Of a stretch of DNA of 64,000 nt, positions 29,968-40,240 are shown one piece after another. Below the pieces are notes generated by a model. It saw only the letters and a program-made list of their open reading frames with translations, had not been told where the DNA came from and did not search any database. Where the stretch lies: the NCBI GenBank assembly GCA_965208905.1, contig OZ242365.1:416001-480000 (forward strand), written 5' to 3'. The translations under genes were made by a program, and so were the position numbers. Origin of the DNA: Nitrosopumilaceae archaeon. GTDB lineage: Archaea > Thermoproteota > Nitrososphaeria > Nitrososphaerales > Nitrosopumilaceae. How positions within the stretch are numbered: the stretch's first letter is position 1; each line of letters opens with the position of its first letter.

Positions 29968-30952
29968 TCGCTTTTGTGGCCTTTCTGACAGAAAATGCCT
30001 GTAGTGGTGTCTCGTAGTTGTCAATATCCAACGAAAAGTGAAGTCTGCGCTCATTATAGTACTCTATATAGGAAGATAGACTATCATAATGATGTATCTC
30101 TGTCTCTATACTACCGTGAAAGCGTTCCAGTTTGCCGTTTGTCTGCGGATGATACGGTCGTGAGTTTATCATCTCGATTCCACGGTCTAACAACTCGGCC
30201 TCAAACGCAGTAGGCTTCCATTTGCCCTTAGGTGAATCGTCATGCCTTCTTCCCCCGTTAAAACACCTACCATTATCTGAGAGGATAGTGGCCGGTGTAC
30301 CAAATCTCGCTATTGCTTGTCGCAGCACATCTACTACGTTTTCTGAGGTGGCTTCCTTGAATAGGGCAGCACCCGTTATACACCTTGATGAATCATCTAG
30401 AAATGTGACTAGGTTGAGCCCTGCAAAGCGTTGATCCTTCATTATATGCCAGTCAACATGCCACATGGCATTGGAATATTTGCGCTCATACCTAACGTAT
30501 TTTCTTTTTTTGGATTTTGCTACAGATGATGTGACTAGTCCATGTTCTTTCATTATGCGATATATGGTGGCATAGCTTATATTCGGATTGTCTTTTCTGA
30601 CCCTCCTTGCTGTTCGTATGATGCCTACATCTTCCTCTGCATGTTTGTTCAACACGGTTCGGACCTCCTCTGCCGACGGTGGTGGGTGGACTGGCCGGCC
30701 TGGCTTTTGTTGCACGTGTATCTGTCCTGTTCTTGTAAACTCTGCACATAGTCGTCCTACATGTTGTGGTGTTACACCTATATCGTCTGCTATGTCAACA
30801 AGCGTCTTACCCTTACCACGTTCCCTTATGGCGTATCGTATCTGTTTATCCGTCAACTTTGTCATTTTCATCTTTTTTCGTGATCGATAAAGCGTGAAGT
30901 ATTCCTTTGCTTGCAACCAGAACTTAGTCGAACCTAATTTTTGTACAACAGA
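29897..30952 (-). mobile_element. IS481-family insertion sequence
   Basis: Imperfect 24-bp IRs (18/24); direct repeat GAGCTGACATCTCGCA at 29881-29896 and 30953-30968. Confidence 0.9.
29921..30871 (-). CDS. IS481-family DDE transposase
   Basis: N-terminal HTH, WHVD, FLDDSSR, ILSDNG, PQTNGKLERFH, YNERRLH. Confidence 0.93.
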   Translation of the reverse strand: MKMTKLTDKQIRYAIRERGKGKTLVDIADDIGVTPQHVGRLCAEFTRTGQIHVQQKPGRPVHPPPSAEEVRTVLNKHAEEDVGIIRTARRVRKDNPNISYATIYRIMKEHGLVTSSVAKSKKRKYVRYERKYSNAMWHVDWHIMKDQRFAGLNLVTFLDDSSRCITGAALFKEATSENVVDVLRQAIARFGTPATILSDNGRCFNGGRRHDDSPKGKWKPTAFEAELLDRGIEMINSRPYHPQTNGKLERFHGSIETEIHHYDSLSSYIEYYNERRLHFSLDIDNYETPLQAFSVRKATKAIREKDPKWMERDTDD

Positions 30953-31022
30953 GAGCTGACATCTCGCACGAAACAATAATAGAGTTTATGCGTATTATAA
31001 AACCCGGCTACATTGGGTGGTC

Positions 31023-31949
31023 CTAGGATGAGTCAGCCAACAACAAATGTAATAGGGCGGCCCGTATGTCTTTGCCGTACCGGGCCTGCTCAAAGTATCT
31101 GGCATGTGAGGTGCCATCCACATCAGGAGATATCTCATCAAGTCGAGGTAGCGGATGCATTATTATGGCATCCTTCTTCATTCGACCGACTATATCCAAC
31201 CCCACAACGTAGCTGCCCCGCATCTTTTCATACTCTTCTTGATCTGTGAACCGTTCCCGCTGTATACGGGTAACATACAAGACATCCAACTCATCTATAC
31301 ACTCTTCAATATCGGTTATCTCTGTAAATGATATGCTTTTTCCTAGCTCAAATATGGATTCGGGTCGGATTTTAAGTGACTCTGGTGATATAAGGTATAC
31401 CTTTACATCATAATGGATTAGCGCATACAAAAGTGAGTAGACGGTTCTACCATGTTTTAAATCCCCAATAATTCCTATATTCAAGCCATCTACAGTACCC
31501 TTCTCTTTCTTTATGGTGTATATGTCCAACAAGGCCTGAGTAGGATGCTCTTCGGTGCCACTGGCAGCATTGATTATGGGCTTGTCAGAGATCTCGGCGG
31601 CAAACCGACTGGATCCATCAAGCGGATGTCTCAGTATTACCACATCCACGTATCCAGCCATTATGCGTATTGTATCTGCCAGACTCTCGCCTTTCTGAGT
31701 GGAGGCGGTTGCTGTATTTGAGAACCCCAATGAACTGCCACCTACAGACGCCATGGCCGCCTCAAAACTTAATCTGGTCCGTGTACTGGGCTCATAAAAG
31801 GCATACCCGAGTATCTTGCCTCGGCATAAACTGCTACGCTCTTCGTAGGATAGTTTTGATATGTAGTCTGCCGCGGTAAAGACAATCTCCAACTGGTCCC
31901 TTGTAAAATCTTTGATTGATATTATGTCGCGGATGTCGAGCCGGTTCAT
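31023..31949 (-). CDS. pyrB: aspartate carbamoyltransferase catalytic subunit
   Basis: FYEPSTRTRLSF, KGESLADT, HPTQ.LLD, GDLKHGRT, HPLPR. Confidence 0.96.
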   Translation of the reverse strand: MNRLDIRDIISIKDFTRDQLEIVFTAADYISKLSYEERSSLCRGKILGYAFYEPSTRTRLSFEAAMASVGGSSLGFSNTATASTQKGESLADTIRIMAGYVDVVILRHPLDGSSRFAAEISDKPIINAASGTEEHPTQALLDIYTIKKEKGTVDGLNIGIIGDLKHGRTVYSLLYALIHYDVKVYLISPESLKIRPESIFELGKSISFTEITDIEECIDELDVLYVTRIQRERFTDQEEYEKMRGSYVVGLDIVGRMKKDAIIMHPLPRLDEISPDVDGTSHARYFEQARYGKDIRAALLHLLLADSS

Positions 31950-31989
31950 TGTATCATGGCTATATACAGCTACATATAATATCATTCAT

Positions 31990-32454
31990 ATGGAGAGATC
32001 CGAGTTATTAGTGAGACGGATCCCAGAAGGAACCGTAATTGATCATATTGATGCTGGAAGGGGACTCTTGGTACTAGAAGCTCTGGGCATAGATGGGGCC
32101 GATGGTGGACAGGTGACCATAGCGTTGAATGTTCCCAGTGGTAAGTTCAGAAAGAAGGATATAGTCAAGATAGAGAACCGTTTTCTGGAGGAGGATGACA
32201 CCAACAAACTGGCGGTCATAGCACCCAAAGCCACAATAAACAAGATTCGAAACTACAAATTGGTCGCAAAGCATCGTGTTGCACTACCAAATGAGATTGA
32301 ACGAATATTTCGATGCCCCAACCCAGACTGTATAACCAATAGTACCGAAAAGATAGAGTCTGTGATGGCCGTGCTAGATAAGAGTGGCAACATACTACAG
32401 TGCAAATACTGCAAAAGATTCCAAGATGTGGATCATCTAAAGTATAAAAAATAA
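31990..32454 (+). CDS. pyrI: aspartate carbamoyltransferase regulatory subunit
   Basis: GTVIDHI, KKDIVKIE, CPNPDCIT...CKYC. Confidence 0.95.
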   Translation: MERSELLVRRIPEGTVIDHIDAGRGLLVLEALGIDGADGGQVTIALNVPSGKFRKKDIVKIENRFLEEDDTNKLAVIAPKATINKIRNYKLVAKHRVALPNEIERIFRCPNPDCITNSTEKIESVMAVLDKSGNILQCKYCKRFQDVDHLKYKK

Positions 32455-32481
32455 GTTTTTAATAAACTAATTTAAAAATGC

Positions 32482-32787
32482 CTACTGCCCGAGTATGATG
32501 AACATCATTACGATACCGTATATCGCGATTGATTCTACCATGCCGACAAATATGAACACCTTTGATTGTAATGCTGGATTTTCACTGATTACTGCAAGAC
32601 CCGCCGCACCTACTTGACCGAGACCTATACCCGCACCAAACGCTGCTATACCAAATGCCAAACCGGCAGCCAGTATCTTGAACGAGTCAGAGCCACCGGC
32701 GGAGCCTTCTTGCGCATAGGCGGTTCCTGCCATACTGACAGTCATTGCTAGTGTTGCTGCCAATAGTGCTAAGACAATGGGTTTCAT
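32482..32787 (-). CDS. atpK: A-type ATP synthase proteolipid subunit K/c
   Basis: Leader plus hairpin GAGIGLG.VGAAG...E.P and MVESIAIYG. Confidence 0.92.
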   Translation of the reverse strand: MKPIVLALLAATLAMTVSMAGTAYAQEGSAGGSDSFKILAAGLAFGIAAFGAGIGLGQVGAAGLAVISENPALQSKVFIFVGMVESIAIYGIVMMFIILGQ

Positions 32788-33101
32788 GTATGAAATTCGG
32801 TCTTGTGACTCTAATTTAAACCATCATGGTTTGTCAACTGTACATGTTTAACTCCCTTCAATACAGATGTGTTAGGTCTTGTCTATACGGGAGGGGGCTC
32901 AAAAATGTGGACTGTATGGTGGCAAAACGTATGATCTTTCCATCTGCCGCCAGACTATACGAAACCATCTACAGCCGTGGACACCCTCAATGGGTATGAC
33001 CAAAGAGAATACAGAGAAGCGTATGGCTAGGGCAGGAGCGACCTTTATGGCCTCCACTTTAGATTTACATAGATCACTTTTGGTTTAGCTGTCTGAAGAG
33101 C

Positions 33102-33233
33102 CTAGACCTTTGTGAGCGTATCTTTTTTGAACTTTTCCAAATCTTTTCGTATGGTGGTCACAAAGGCCTCACGTTTCTTGTTTAGTGCATCCTTGGACTC
33201 TTCGAATATTTTGTTTATATCTTCTTTGGCCAT
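33102..33233 (-). CDS. 43-aa charged helical protein coupled to atpD (not in ORF track)
   Basis: MAKEDINKIFEESKDALNKKREAFVTTIRKDLEKFKKDTLTKV; ATG directly follows the atpD stop. Confidence 0.6.
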   Translation of the reverse strand: MAKEDINKIFEESKDALNKKREAFVTTIRKDLEKFKKDTLTKV

Positions 33234-33866
33234 CTACTTTCTCTTCCCCATGGATTCTTTCAGTTTTTTTAACTTTGCGAATTCTTCGCGTTCTCGCTCC
33301 TCAAGTGTTGCTAGTATGAATCGGACCCGCTGCTTATACTGAGGTATTATGATGTTCTCCAAAGCGTTCAACAACTTTTGAGTCTTCTCTAAAGCTTTTG
33401 CCAGACTCAGTATGGTGTTCTCATATTCGGCCGCTTTGCATATCTGTGGTAAGAGAACCTTAATCTGCTTTGATGCCCTATCCACTGAAGAGTTGGTATC
33501 TGCAAAACCATAAGGCATGGACCTTGTGTCCTTCTCGGTCACTTCAAGTACAGGAACTTTGACGTCTACAACCCTTCGCACCTTCACATCCACCTCCATG
33601 ACCGGCGGCGTGGACTCAGCCACAGAGTCGACGGTGCTGGTACCCAGACTTAGATATGCCTCATTTACTGAAGAGTATATGTCTTGAAGCGGGTCCCATA
33701 TTCCTCCCCGGGCCTTTGAGGCCTCCTCGATCATCTCCTCTATATTCTTCAATAACACCTTGCGCTTGTCATCCAAAATCTTTTGGACCATCTCGGCAAC
33801 CTGGCTGGAACGTTTGTACTTTAACAGTTCAATCTTTGTGGCGACAACATTCTGTCCAAATGACAT
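33234..33866 (-). CDS. atpD: A-type ATP synthase subunit D
   Basis: TKIEL, LDDKR..L, NALE.IIIP, LEEREREEF..LK. Confidence 0.93.
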   Translation of the reverse strand: MSFGQNVVATKIELLKYKRSSQVAEMVQKILDDKRKVLLKNIEEMIEEASKARGGIWDPLQDIYSSVNEAYLSLGTSTVDSVAESTPPVMEVDVKVRRVVDVKVPVLEVTEKDTRSMPYGFADTNSSVDRASKQIKVLLPQICKAAEYENTILSLAKALEKTQKLLNALENIIIPQYKQRVRFILATLEEREREEFAKLKKLKESMGKRK

Positions 33867-35258
33867 TTAGTCATCATTTCCCTGATAGAACTTTTCGACG
33901 TATCTGTCTTTCACTTTAGTTAACTCGTTGCGGGGCAGACTCGATACAGTCTTCCACAAGAGGGATAGTGATTCATCAAGGTTTCTATTCTCATCTATAT
34001 CCTGCGTCAGAAACTCCTTTTCAAATATGTCTCCAGTATCCATGTATTTCAGGTCGATATCTGTAAGGCCTGCCTTGCCTACTATGCCTGCCAACGCTCT
34101 CACTTCTTGAGCCCTAGAGTATGCATCATAGTTCTGATTTGATATCTCGCCATGATCTTCGCGGGTACGCCCCTCGCCTATCCCATCCTTCATCAGACGT
34201 GAGAGGCTCATCAGTATGTTGACTGGGGGATATATGCCCTGTCTGAACAAGTCGCGACCTAATACTATCTGACCTTCAGTTATGTATCCAGTTAAATCTG
34301 GTATGGGATGTGTGATATCATCTGAAGGCATAGACAGTATGGGAACCTGAGTAACACTACCGGTCTTTCCCACTAGTTTACCGGCCCGCTCGTATATTGT
34401 AGATAGGTCAGTGTACAGATAACCCGGATATCCCTTACGGCCAGGCACCTCTTCCCGGGCCGCACTTATCTCGCGCAGGGCTTCGGCATAGTTTGTCATA
34501 TCGGTTAGTATTACAAGTACGTGCATGCCAAGCTCAAAGGCCATATACTCGGCAACTGTAAGTGCAACTCGGGGCGTTATGATACGTTCGATGGCAGGAT
34601 CATCGGCTAGATTTAGAAACAGAACACTCCTCTTTAGGGCGCCCGACTCCTCTAATGTGCGCCGAAAGTATTCTGCCTCGCTGTACTGCACACCTATGGC
34701 CGCAAAGACCACGGCAAACTCTTCCTGAGTACCGATTACTGTAGCCTGGCGGGCTATCTGGGCTGCTACTATATTGTGGGACATGCCACTCCCCGAAAAG
34801 ATGGGCAGTTTCTGTCCCCGCACAAGTGTAATCATGCCGTCTATAACCGAGACTCCCGTCTGTATGAAGTCTTTAGGATACTCCCTCTGTTCGGGGTTCA
34901 TGGGTGCACCGTTTATGTCCAAGAATTTATCTGCAATTGGGTCTGGCAGATTATCCTTGGGTCGCCCCAATCCATCAAAGACCCTACCTAGTACCTCTTT
35001 TGAGACGGGCATCTCCATAACCTTTCCTACAAATCTGGTAGATGTATCAGATATGGACAAACCTGTAGTTCCCTCAAATACCTGTACTATGGCCTTACCG
35101 TTGCCGACCTCAAGAACCTTACCTAATCGCCGTTCGTTGTCAGAAGTCTCCACCTCGACTAGTTCATCAAATGCCGCATTCTCAACATCATCAACTATCA
35201 CTAATGGCCCCTTTATCTCGGCTATCTTACTGTACTCAACACCACCAACAGTAGCCAA
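33867..35258 (-). CDS. atpB: A-type ATP synthase subunit B
   Basis: [38 protein letters not shown]; TTG start inferred. Confidence 0.96.
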   Translation of the reverse strand: MATVGGVEYSKIAEIKGPLVIVDDVENAAFDELVEVETSDNERRLGKVLEVGNGKAIVQVFEGTTGLSISDTSTRFVGKVMEMPVSKEVLGRVFDGLGRPKDNLPDPIADKFLDINGAPMNPEQREYPKDFIQTGVSVIDGMITLVRGQKLPIFSGSGMSHNIVAAQIARQATVIGTQEEFAVVFAAIGVQYSEAEYFRRTLEESGALKRSVLFLNLADDPAIERIITPRVALTVAEYMAFELGMHVLVILTDMTNYAEALREISAAREEVPGRKGYPGYLYTDLSTIYERAGKLVGKTGSVTQVPILSMPSDDITHPIPDLTGYITEGQIVLGRDLFRQGIYPPVNILMSLSRLMKDGIGEGRTREDHGEISNQNYDAYSRAQEVRALAGIVGKAGLTDIDLKYMDTGDIFEKEFLTQDIDENRNLDESLSLLWKTVSSLPRNELTKVKDRYVEKFYQGNDD

Positions 35259-35259
35259 C

Positions 35260-37020
35260 TTATCTTCGCCCTCCCAAATCTTTGAACTGCTTCTGCATTG
35301 TGACACTTAACTCGTCTAGTTTTGCGAGCTCGTCATCTTTTACCTCCATTCTTGCCTTTAGTAGGGCGCCGATTATAGCCATGGTTCGTATATGCACCAA
35401 ATCTGTCCCCTCCTTTATGGCTTTTTGACCATGATTGTAAAAGTCCACCAACAACTTTAGTAGCTTGTACTGCTTTTCAGGACTACAGTATGTATCCACA
35501 TCATCAAAGGAGTTTTGTTGTAGTATACCAATCTTAATCATTCTGGCCACTTCAAGTATTATCTTCTCCTCGTCAGGTAGAGCTTCAGGACCCAAAAGCC
35601 TGACTATCTCTTTTAGTGTATCCTCTCTTTGTAGTACATTATACGCTTCGCGACGGACATTCAACCAATCATTACTGACATTTGAGTCCCACCATTTAGC
35701 TATATCTGCCAGATATCCTGAGTAACTATTCATCCAGTTTATGGAGGGGTAGTGTCGTGAATAGGCCAGTTTGGCATCTAGAGCCCAAAAGGTCTTGATG
35801 AACCGCATGGTATGTGTGGTTACGGGCTCGGTAAAGTCTCCACCTGATGGCGATACTGCACCCACCAAGGTAACCGAACCATCCCGGTCTGGACTGCCTT
35901 CTGCACGAACCCGACCTGCACGCTCATAGAACTCAGCCAGTCTGGATGCCAGATATGATGGATAACCCTCCTCAGCGGGCATCTCCTCTAACCTACCACT
36001 CATCTCCCGGAGGGCTTCTGCCCACCTACTGGTGGAGTCGGCTACCAAAACTACATCCTTACCCATATCTCTATAATACTCAGCTATTGTGACTCCTGTG
36101 TAGATACTTGCTTCCCGGGCCGCCACAGGCATGTTACTTGTATTGGCTACCAGCACGGTGCGGTCCATGAGGGGCTTGTTGGTACGAGGGTCTTTTAGAT
36201 GGGGGAACTCTACCAACACCTCGGTCATCTCGTTACCTCGCTCACCACACCCAATGTATATGACTACTTGTGAGTCGGCCCACTTTGCTATCTGGTGCAG
36301 TGTAACTGTCTTACCTGTACCAAACGCTCCGGGAATGGAGCCGGTACCGCCTTTGGCTATGGGGAAGAACGTATCTATGACTCGCTGGCCAGTGAGAAGA
36401 GGAATTGTAGGGTCGTATCGTGTCTTGTATGGACGCGGGCGACGTACTGGCCACCTGTGATACATCTTTAGTGGTGGCTGCCCATCCATCTTGGCTATCT
36501 CCGTCTCCAAATCATAATCTCCTTCAGAGACAACTTCCACAAGCTCGCCTCCAGCATGATCCGGAGGTACCAGTATGGAGTGTTCTATCAGATCTGTCTC
36601 CTGAACTGTACCCAGTATTGCACCTGGCCCCACAGTATCTCCCTTTTTAGCCAGAGGGATGTAATGGTACTTCTTTGACATGTCTACAGGTGTTGTGACT
36701 ATGCCCCTACCAATGTATGAACCAGACACCTTTGAGAGCTCTTTGAGGGGGCGTTGTATACCATCGTATATCTGCCCTATTATTCCTGGCCCTAGTAGAA
36801 CGCTGAGCGGATTCCCTGTCCCTATTACAGGCTCTCCTGGTTTTAGTCCACTGGTGGACTCGTATACCTGTATGAATGCCACATCGCCGGTGAGCCGTAT
36901 GACCTCACCTATCAGCTTTGCCTCGCCCACAGTTACAGTCTCGTACATCTTTGCAGATGCCATTCCATCAGCCTTTACTGCTGGTCCGCTTACCCATACG
37001 ATTCTACCTTCTGCTACCAT
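35260..37020 (-). CDS. atpA: A-type ATP synthase subunit A
   Basis: [39 protein letters not shown]. Confidence 0.97.
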   Translation of the reverse strand: MVAEGRIVWVSGPAVKADGMASAKMYETVTVGEAKLIGEVIRLTGDVAFIQVYESTSGLKPGEPVIGTGNPLSVLLGPGIIGQIYDGIQRPLKELSKVSGSYIGRGIVTTPVDMSKKYHYIPLAKKGDTVGPGAILGTVQETDLIEHSILVPPDHAGGELVEVVSEGDYDLETEIAKMDGQPPLKMYHRWPVRRPRPYKTRYDPTIPLLTGQRVIDTFFPIAKGGTGSIPGAFGTGKTVTLHQIAKWADSQVVIYIGCGERGNEMTEVLVEFPHLKDPRTNKPLMDRTVLVANTSNMPVAAREASIYTGVTIAEYYRDMGKDVVLVADSTSRWAEALREMSGRLEEMPAEEGYPSYLASRLAEFYERAGRVRAEGSPDRDGSVTLVGAVSPSGGDFTEPVTTHTMRFIKTFWALDAKLAYSRHYPSINWMNSYSGYLADIAKWWDSNVSNDWLNVRREAYNVLQREDTLKEIVRLLGPEALPDEEKIILEVARMIKIGILQQNSFDDVDTYCSPEKQYKLLKLLVDFYNHGQKAIKEGTDLVHIRTMAIIGALLKARMEVKDDELAKLDELSVTMQKQFKDLGGRR

Positions 37021-37620
37021 CTAACCACTTACTCCGAATTTAGCTGCAATATCTCTCCTAATTAAAGGCTTTAAACGTGATATTCTGGCGTCCAATGTAT
37101 TATCAAATGTCATGGCGCCATCTCGGGATTTTATTTGTATCCCTCCCAAACAGTCTATACTCTCTGAGGCCATCTCTGCATCTGGAAACTTTTCTAGAAC
37201 GGACTGCACTGTATCGCGCTCAGACTGGTTGGAGTATACGATTACATCTGTTGATCGAAGTACACTCATCGCCTCGCGTAATAGTGTATCTAAAAGACCA
37301 GAATACTCTTTATCTCTGGGCGCCTTTGCTATCTGTTCCAAAACCTCATTAAACACATTATCTACTGCCTCCCCCACAACTAGTAGCTGTTGATTTCGAG
37401 CTTCCAAATCTGAACTACCCACAATCTGCTTCTCTATCTTGTCTGCTTCCTTTTTACCATCTGAGATTATCTTGTCGTATTCTGCGTCCAACTCTGATCG
37501 CATGTCATCCAGCTGTTTCTGTGACTCAGCCAATGTCTCATCCAATGTAGAGACTACCCTCTTCTCGGTTTGAGATAGTATCTTGCTTATGGTCTGTTCT
37601 AGTGCATTTGTACTCAACAA
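37021..37620 (-). CDS. atpE: A-type ATP synthase subunit E
   Basis: Coiled N-terminus; GGI...DG....DNT..AR; lies in the operon. Confidence 0.88.
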   Translation of the reverse strand: MLSTNALEQTISKILSQTEKRVVSTLDETLAESQKQLDDMRSELDAEYDKIISDGKKEADKIEKQIVGSSDLEARNQQLLVVGEAVDNVFNEVLEQIAKAPRDKEYSGLLDTLLREAMSVLRSTDVIVYSNQSERDTVQSVLEKFPDAEMASESIDCLGGIQIKSRDGAMTFDNTLDARISRLKPLIRRDIAAKFGVSG

Positions 37621-37943
37621 TTTTCATCATCTGATGAATGGATTTTAATGTTTGGAGTTTTTCTACGGAGGTTACGACAACATAGTTCGGATCATCGCTT
37701 TGAATGTGTGATACGTCCATGATTTTTACTTATTTTTACCGACGACATACATCCTGTGTACAGTGACGATCATTACTTATGAGTTATTGGACATCGAGCA
37801 CCCCATCATGTATAACGTATCTACAAAGACTCGACTACAAAACCGTACAATGATGCTGCGGGTGGAGCGCAAGGCGCCAGAGTTGAGGGTATTTACCTGT
37901 GGGACACGCCTTTAAAATCCAAAGGTATTAAACACGAAAAAGG

Positions 37944-40058
37944 ATGCAAAAAAGTAAATTGACACTGGCTGACTTGAAGATGGGTACCATAGTGCTACCC
38001 CGTAGTGACTCTCCTCGGGCGATCTCGCGTTTGGCTGAATTCAAGTGGTTCCACAAGGTCGACAGCGATGGGGACCTGGTAACACCTGAGATTGATGATC
38101 TACTATTGGAGGCGCAAAAGTTATTCCAGTCCATAGATGATGTGGTCAAGGGACTACAGATACCTCTTAGAGTGGGAATATTAGAGATACTCTTCAAGGG
38201 TACCGCCATTAAACCACAAAATTATGAGTTGGGACAAATCGAAGATATGATACGTGACATCTCAAGTCAGGCTCCTGATACAATAGGTGAGGCGAGCAGA
38301 CTGTTGGCCGAATCTGCCGACACTACTCGTTCACTGGACGAGTACCGCTCACTAAAAGAGACGATGGAGGTGGCCAAAAGACTGAACATGGATATAGCCG
38401 GCTTTGGGCTTTTGAAACATTTCTATATCAATCTATTCATTATAGACTCTTCTGACTATGATGAGATAAGTCGGGCCTTGCCTAATACTGCCATATACAA
38501 GTATGATCTGCAGTCAAAAGAGAAGGCTGCCATTCTAGTAATTGCAGGAGGTGATGACTCAGACAATACATTAAAGATACTTCGAGGGTTCAATGCCTCT
38601 ACATTTGCCATCCCGGAAGGTCTGCCTCAGGTTCCCAGCGAGGCGTACTCGCTTATAGATACAAAGATCAAAGAGCTTACCGCAACTAAATCTTCACTGG
38701 ACAAGAAGGCCGCCCGCCTGCAAAAGAGTCTCCGTCGGGATATACTAATTCTACATGAAAAGGCATACGTAGCTAAAGATATGTTAGAGACTCTCCGCAA
38801 ACCCGGTGGTACAAAAAACTTTGCCGTCATTCAGGGATATATACCCAAAAAGATGGAATCCAAGTTCAAAAAAGTGACCAAAGAGTGGACATCAGTGGTT
38901 GAGGATATAAGCGACCCAAAACACAAAGAGGAAGTGCCCACTCTATTTGACAACAAGCGGTTTGTAAGGACATTTGAGACCATCACAGAGAGTCAAGGGG
39001 TGCCCAAGAAAGGCGAGGCGGATCCAACTATTATGATTGCCATGATGTGGCCTATATTCTATGGTATAATGTTCGCGGATTTGGGACACGGCCTGTTACT
39101 GATGGGAATGGGTCTGCTCTTTAAAGTAAAAGGACAAGGAAATTTGGCCCGCTGGGGAATGCTTATTGCCATCTCGGGTGCCGCTGCTGCAATAGCGGGT
39201 GTGGGCACAGGAGAGATGTTTGGATACCACCTTGATCACATGCAACCCTTTGAGGCATTACTAGAGAAAGGCGGCCCCCTGCATGGTATATCGTGGATAG
39301 TGGGAATACTGAGCGTCGCTGAGCTGACCTTTGAACAAGTTATCGACATACTCAAAGTGTCCCTATTCTTGGGAATCGTACACTTGGTATGGGCCATGCT
39401 TCTTCGCATCAAACGTCACTTACAGGCAGGTCGCAAACTACTTGTATACATGGAGTACATCCCAAACCTCACACTATACGGCGGAATTGTGGTCATAATG
39501 ATGTGCGCAATAGGGTCTCAATATGATGTCATGAATATGTACTCCAGAGTGCATGATGAGCCTGTCCCGTGGGTGACTGTATTTTTAGGAGAGTGGGCTA
39601 CTGTCTGGATTGTCACCAGAATAGCGGTTATAGTGGTTATATCATCCATGGTAATGATGATAATTGGTGGTATACTGCACGCCAAGAGACACCCTGAAGA
39701 GGGTGGTAGTGCCGCCAATGTCATAATGGAGGTATTTTTGGGTAAGACCGTTGAATCCTTGGCGCATACAATAAGCTATGCGCGGTTGGGAATTATGCTT
39801 CTAGTTCATGCTGCACTATTACTTACCGTCAATAATGCCTTTACATCTTTGGGAGGCGCCAACTCTGCAGGTGCATGGGCTATGATCATAGGCGGCAATC
39901 TAGGTATAATGATGATTGAAGGGCTTATTGTATACATACAGTCGCTTCGGCTGCACCTGTACGAGTTCTTTACCAAATGGTATGATGGTGGTGCTGCACC
40001 ATTCCAATCGGTCCAACCCGAGTTGATATACAATAAATTCCGCTGGAAGACATCGTAG
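37944..40058 (+). CDS. atpI: A-type ATP synthase subunit I
   Basis: PT...N, FYGIMFADLGHG, SYARL, LRLHLYEFF.KWY.G. Confidence 0.93.
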   Translation: MQKSKLTLADLKMGTIVLPRSDSPRAISRLAEFKWFHKVDSDGDLVTPEIDDLLLEAQKLFQSIDDVVKGLQIPLRVGILEILFKGTAIKPQNYELGQIEDMIRDISSQAPDTIGEASRLLAESADTTRSLDEYRSLKETMEVAKRLNMDIAGFGLLKHFYINLFIIDSSDYDEISRALPNTAIYKYDLQSKEKAAILVIAGGDDSDNTLKILRGFNASTFAIPEGLPQVPSEAYSLIDTKIKELTATKSSLDKKAARLQKSLRRDILILHEKAYVAKDMLETLRKPGGTKNFAVIQGYIPKKMESKFKKVTKEWTSVVEDISDPKHKEEVPTLFDNKRFVRTFETITESQGVPKKGEADPTIMIAMMWPIFYGIMFADLGHGLLLMGMGLLFKVKGQGNLARWGMLIAISGAAAAIAGVGTGEMFGYHLDHMQPFEALLEKGGPLHGISWIVGILSVAELTFEQVIDILKVSLFLGIVHLVWAMLLRIKRHLQAGRKLLVYMEYIPNLTLYGGIVVIMMCAIGSQYDVMNMYSRVHDEPVPWVTVFLGEWATVWIVTRIAVIVVISSMVMMIIGGILHAKRHPEEGGSAANVIMEVFLGKTVESLAHTISYARLGIMLLVHAALLLTVNNAFTSLGGANSAGAWAMIIGGNLGIMMIEGLIVYIQSLRLHLYEFFTKWYDGGAAPFQSVQPELIYNKFRWKTS

Positions 40059-40070
40059 TATCTTTAAAAT

Positions 40071-40240
40071 GGGAATTATATACAAAAGTACACAGTCTCG
40101 GCTGTACACTCATGCCTTTTCTGACGGCTTTTTTGTATACAGTGGAGCATGGCGGGTGTTGGCTTGTAGCCCTCCTTGTGCCCCGGCCGTCTTAGGACGA
40201 CGTTCCCCGCCGCCCGATACAGAATGTTCCAGGCGGCATT
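40071..40240 (-). ncRNA. putative omegaRNA scaffold, family A
   Basis: Interleaved pairings GACGGC/GCCGTC and CTGTATAC/GTGTACAG downstream of RuvC-III. Confidence 0.45.

Noticed and set aside
29897-30952. IS481 transposase as the helper for the tnpB elements or MITEs
   Set aside because: Its ends (TGT/TCT) and 16-bp duplication differ from the GG ends and 8-bp TSDs
33071-33086. 16-bp match AGATCACTTTTGGTTT with 44414-44429 near ATP synthase genes
   Set aside because: About one exact 16-mer repeat is expected by chance in 64 kb; position and orientation relative to the genes are inconsistent
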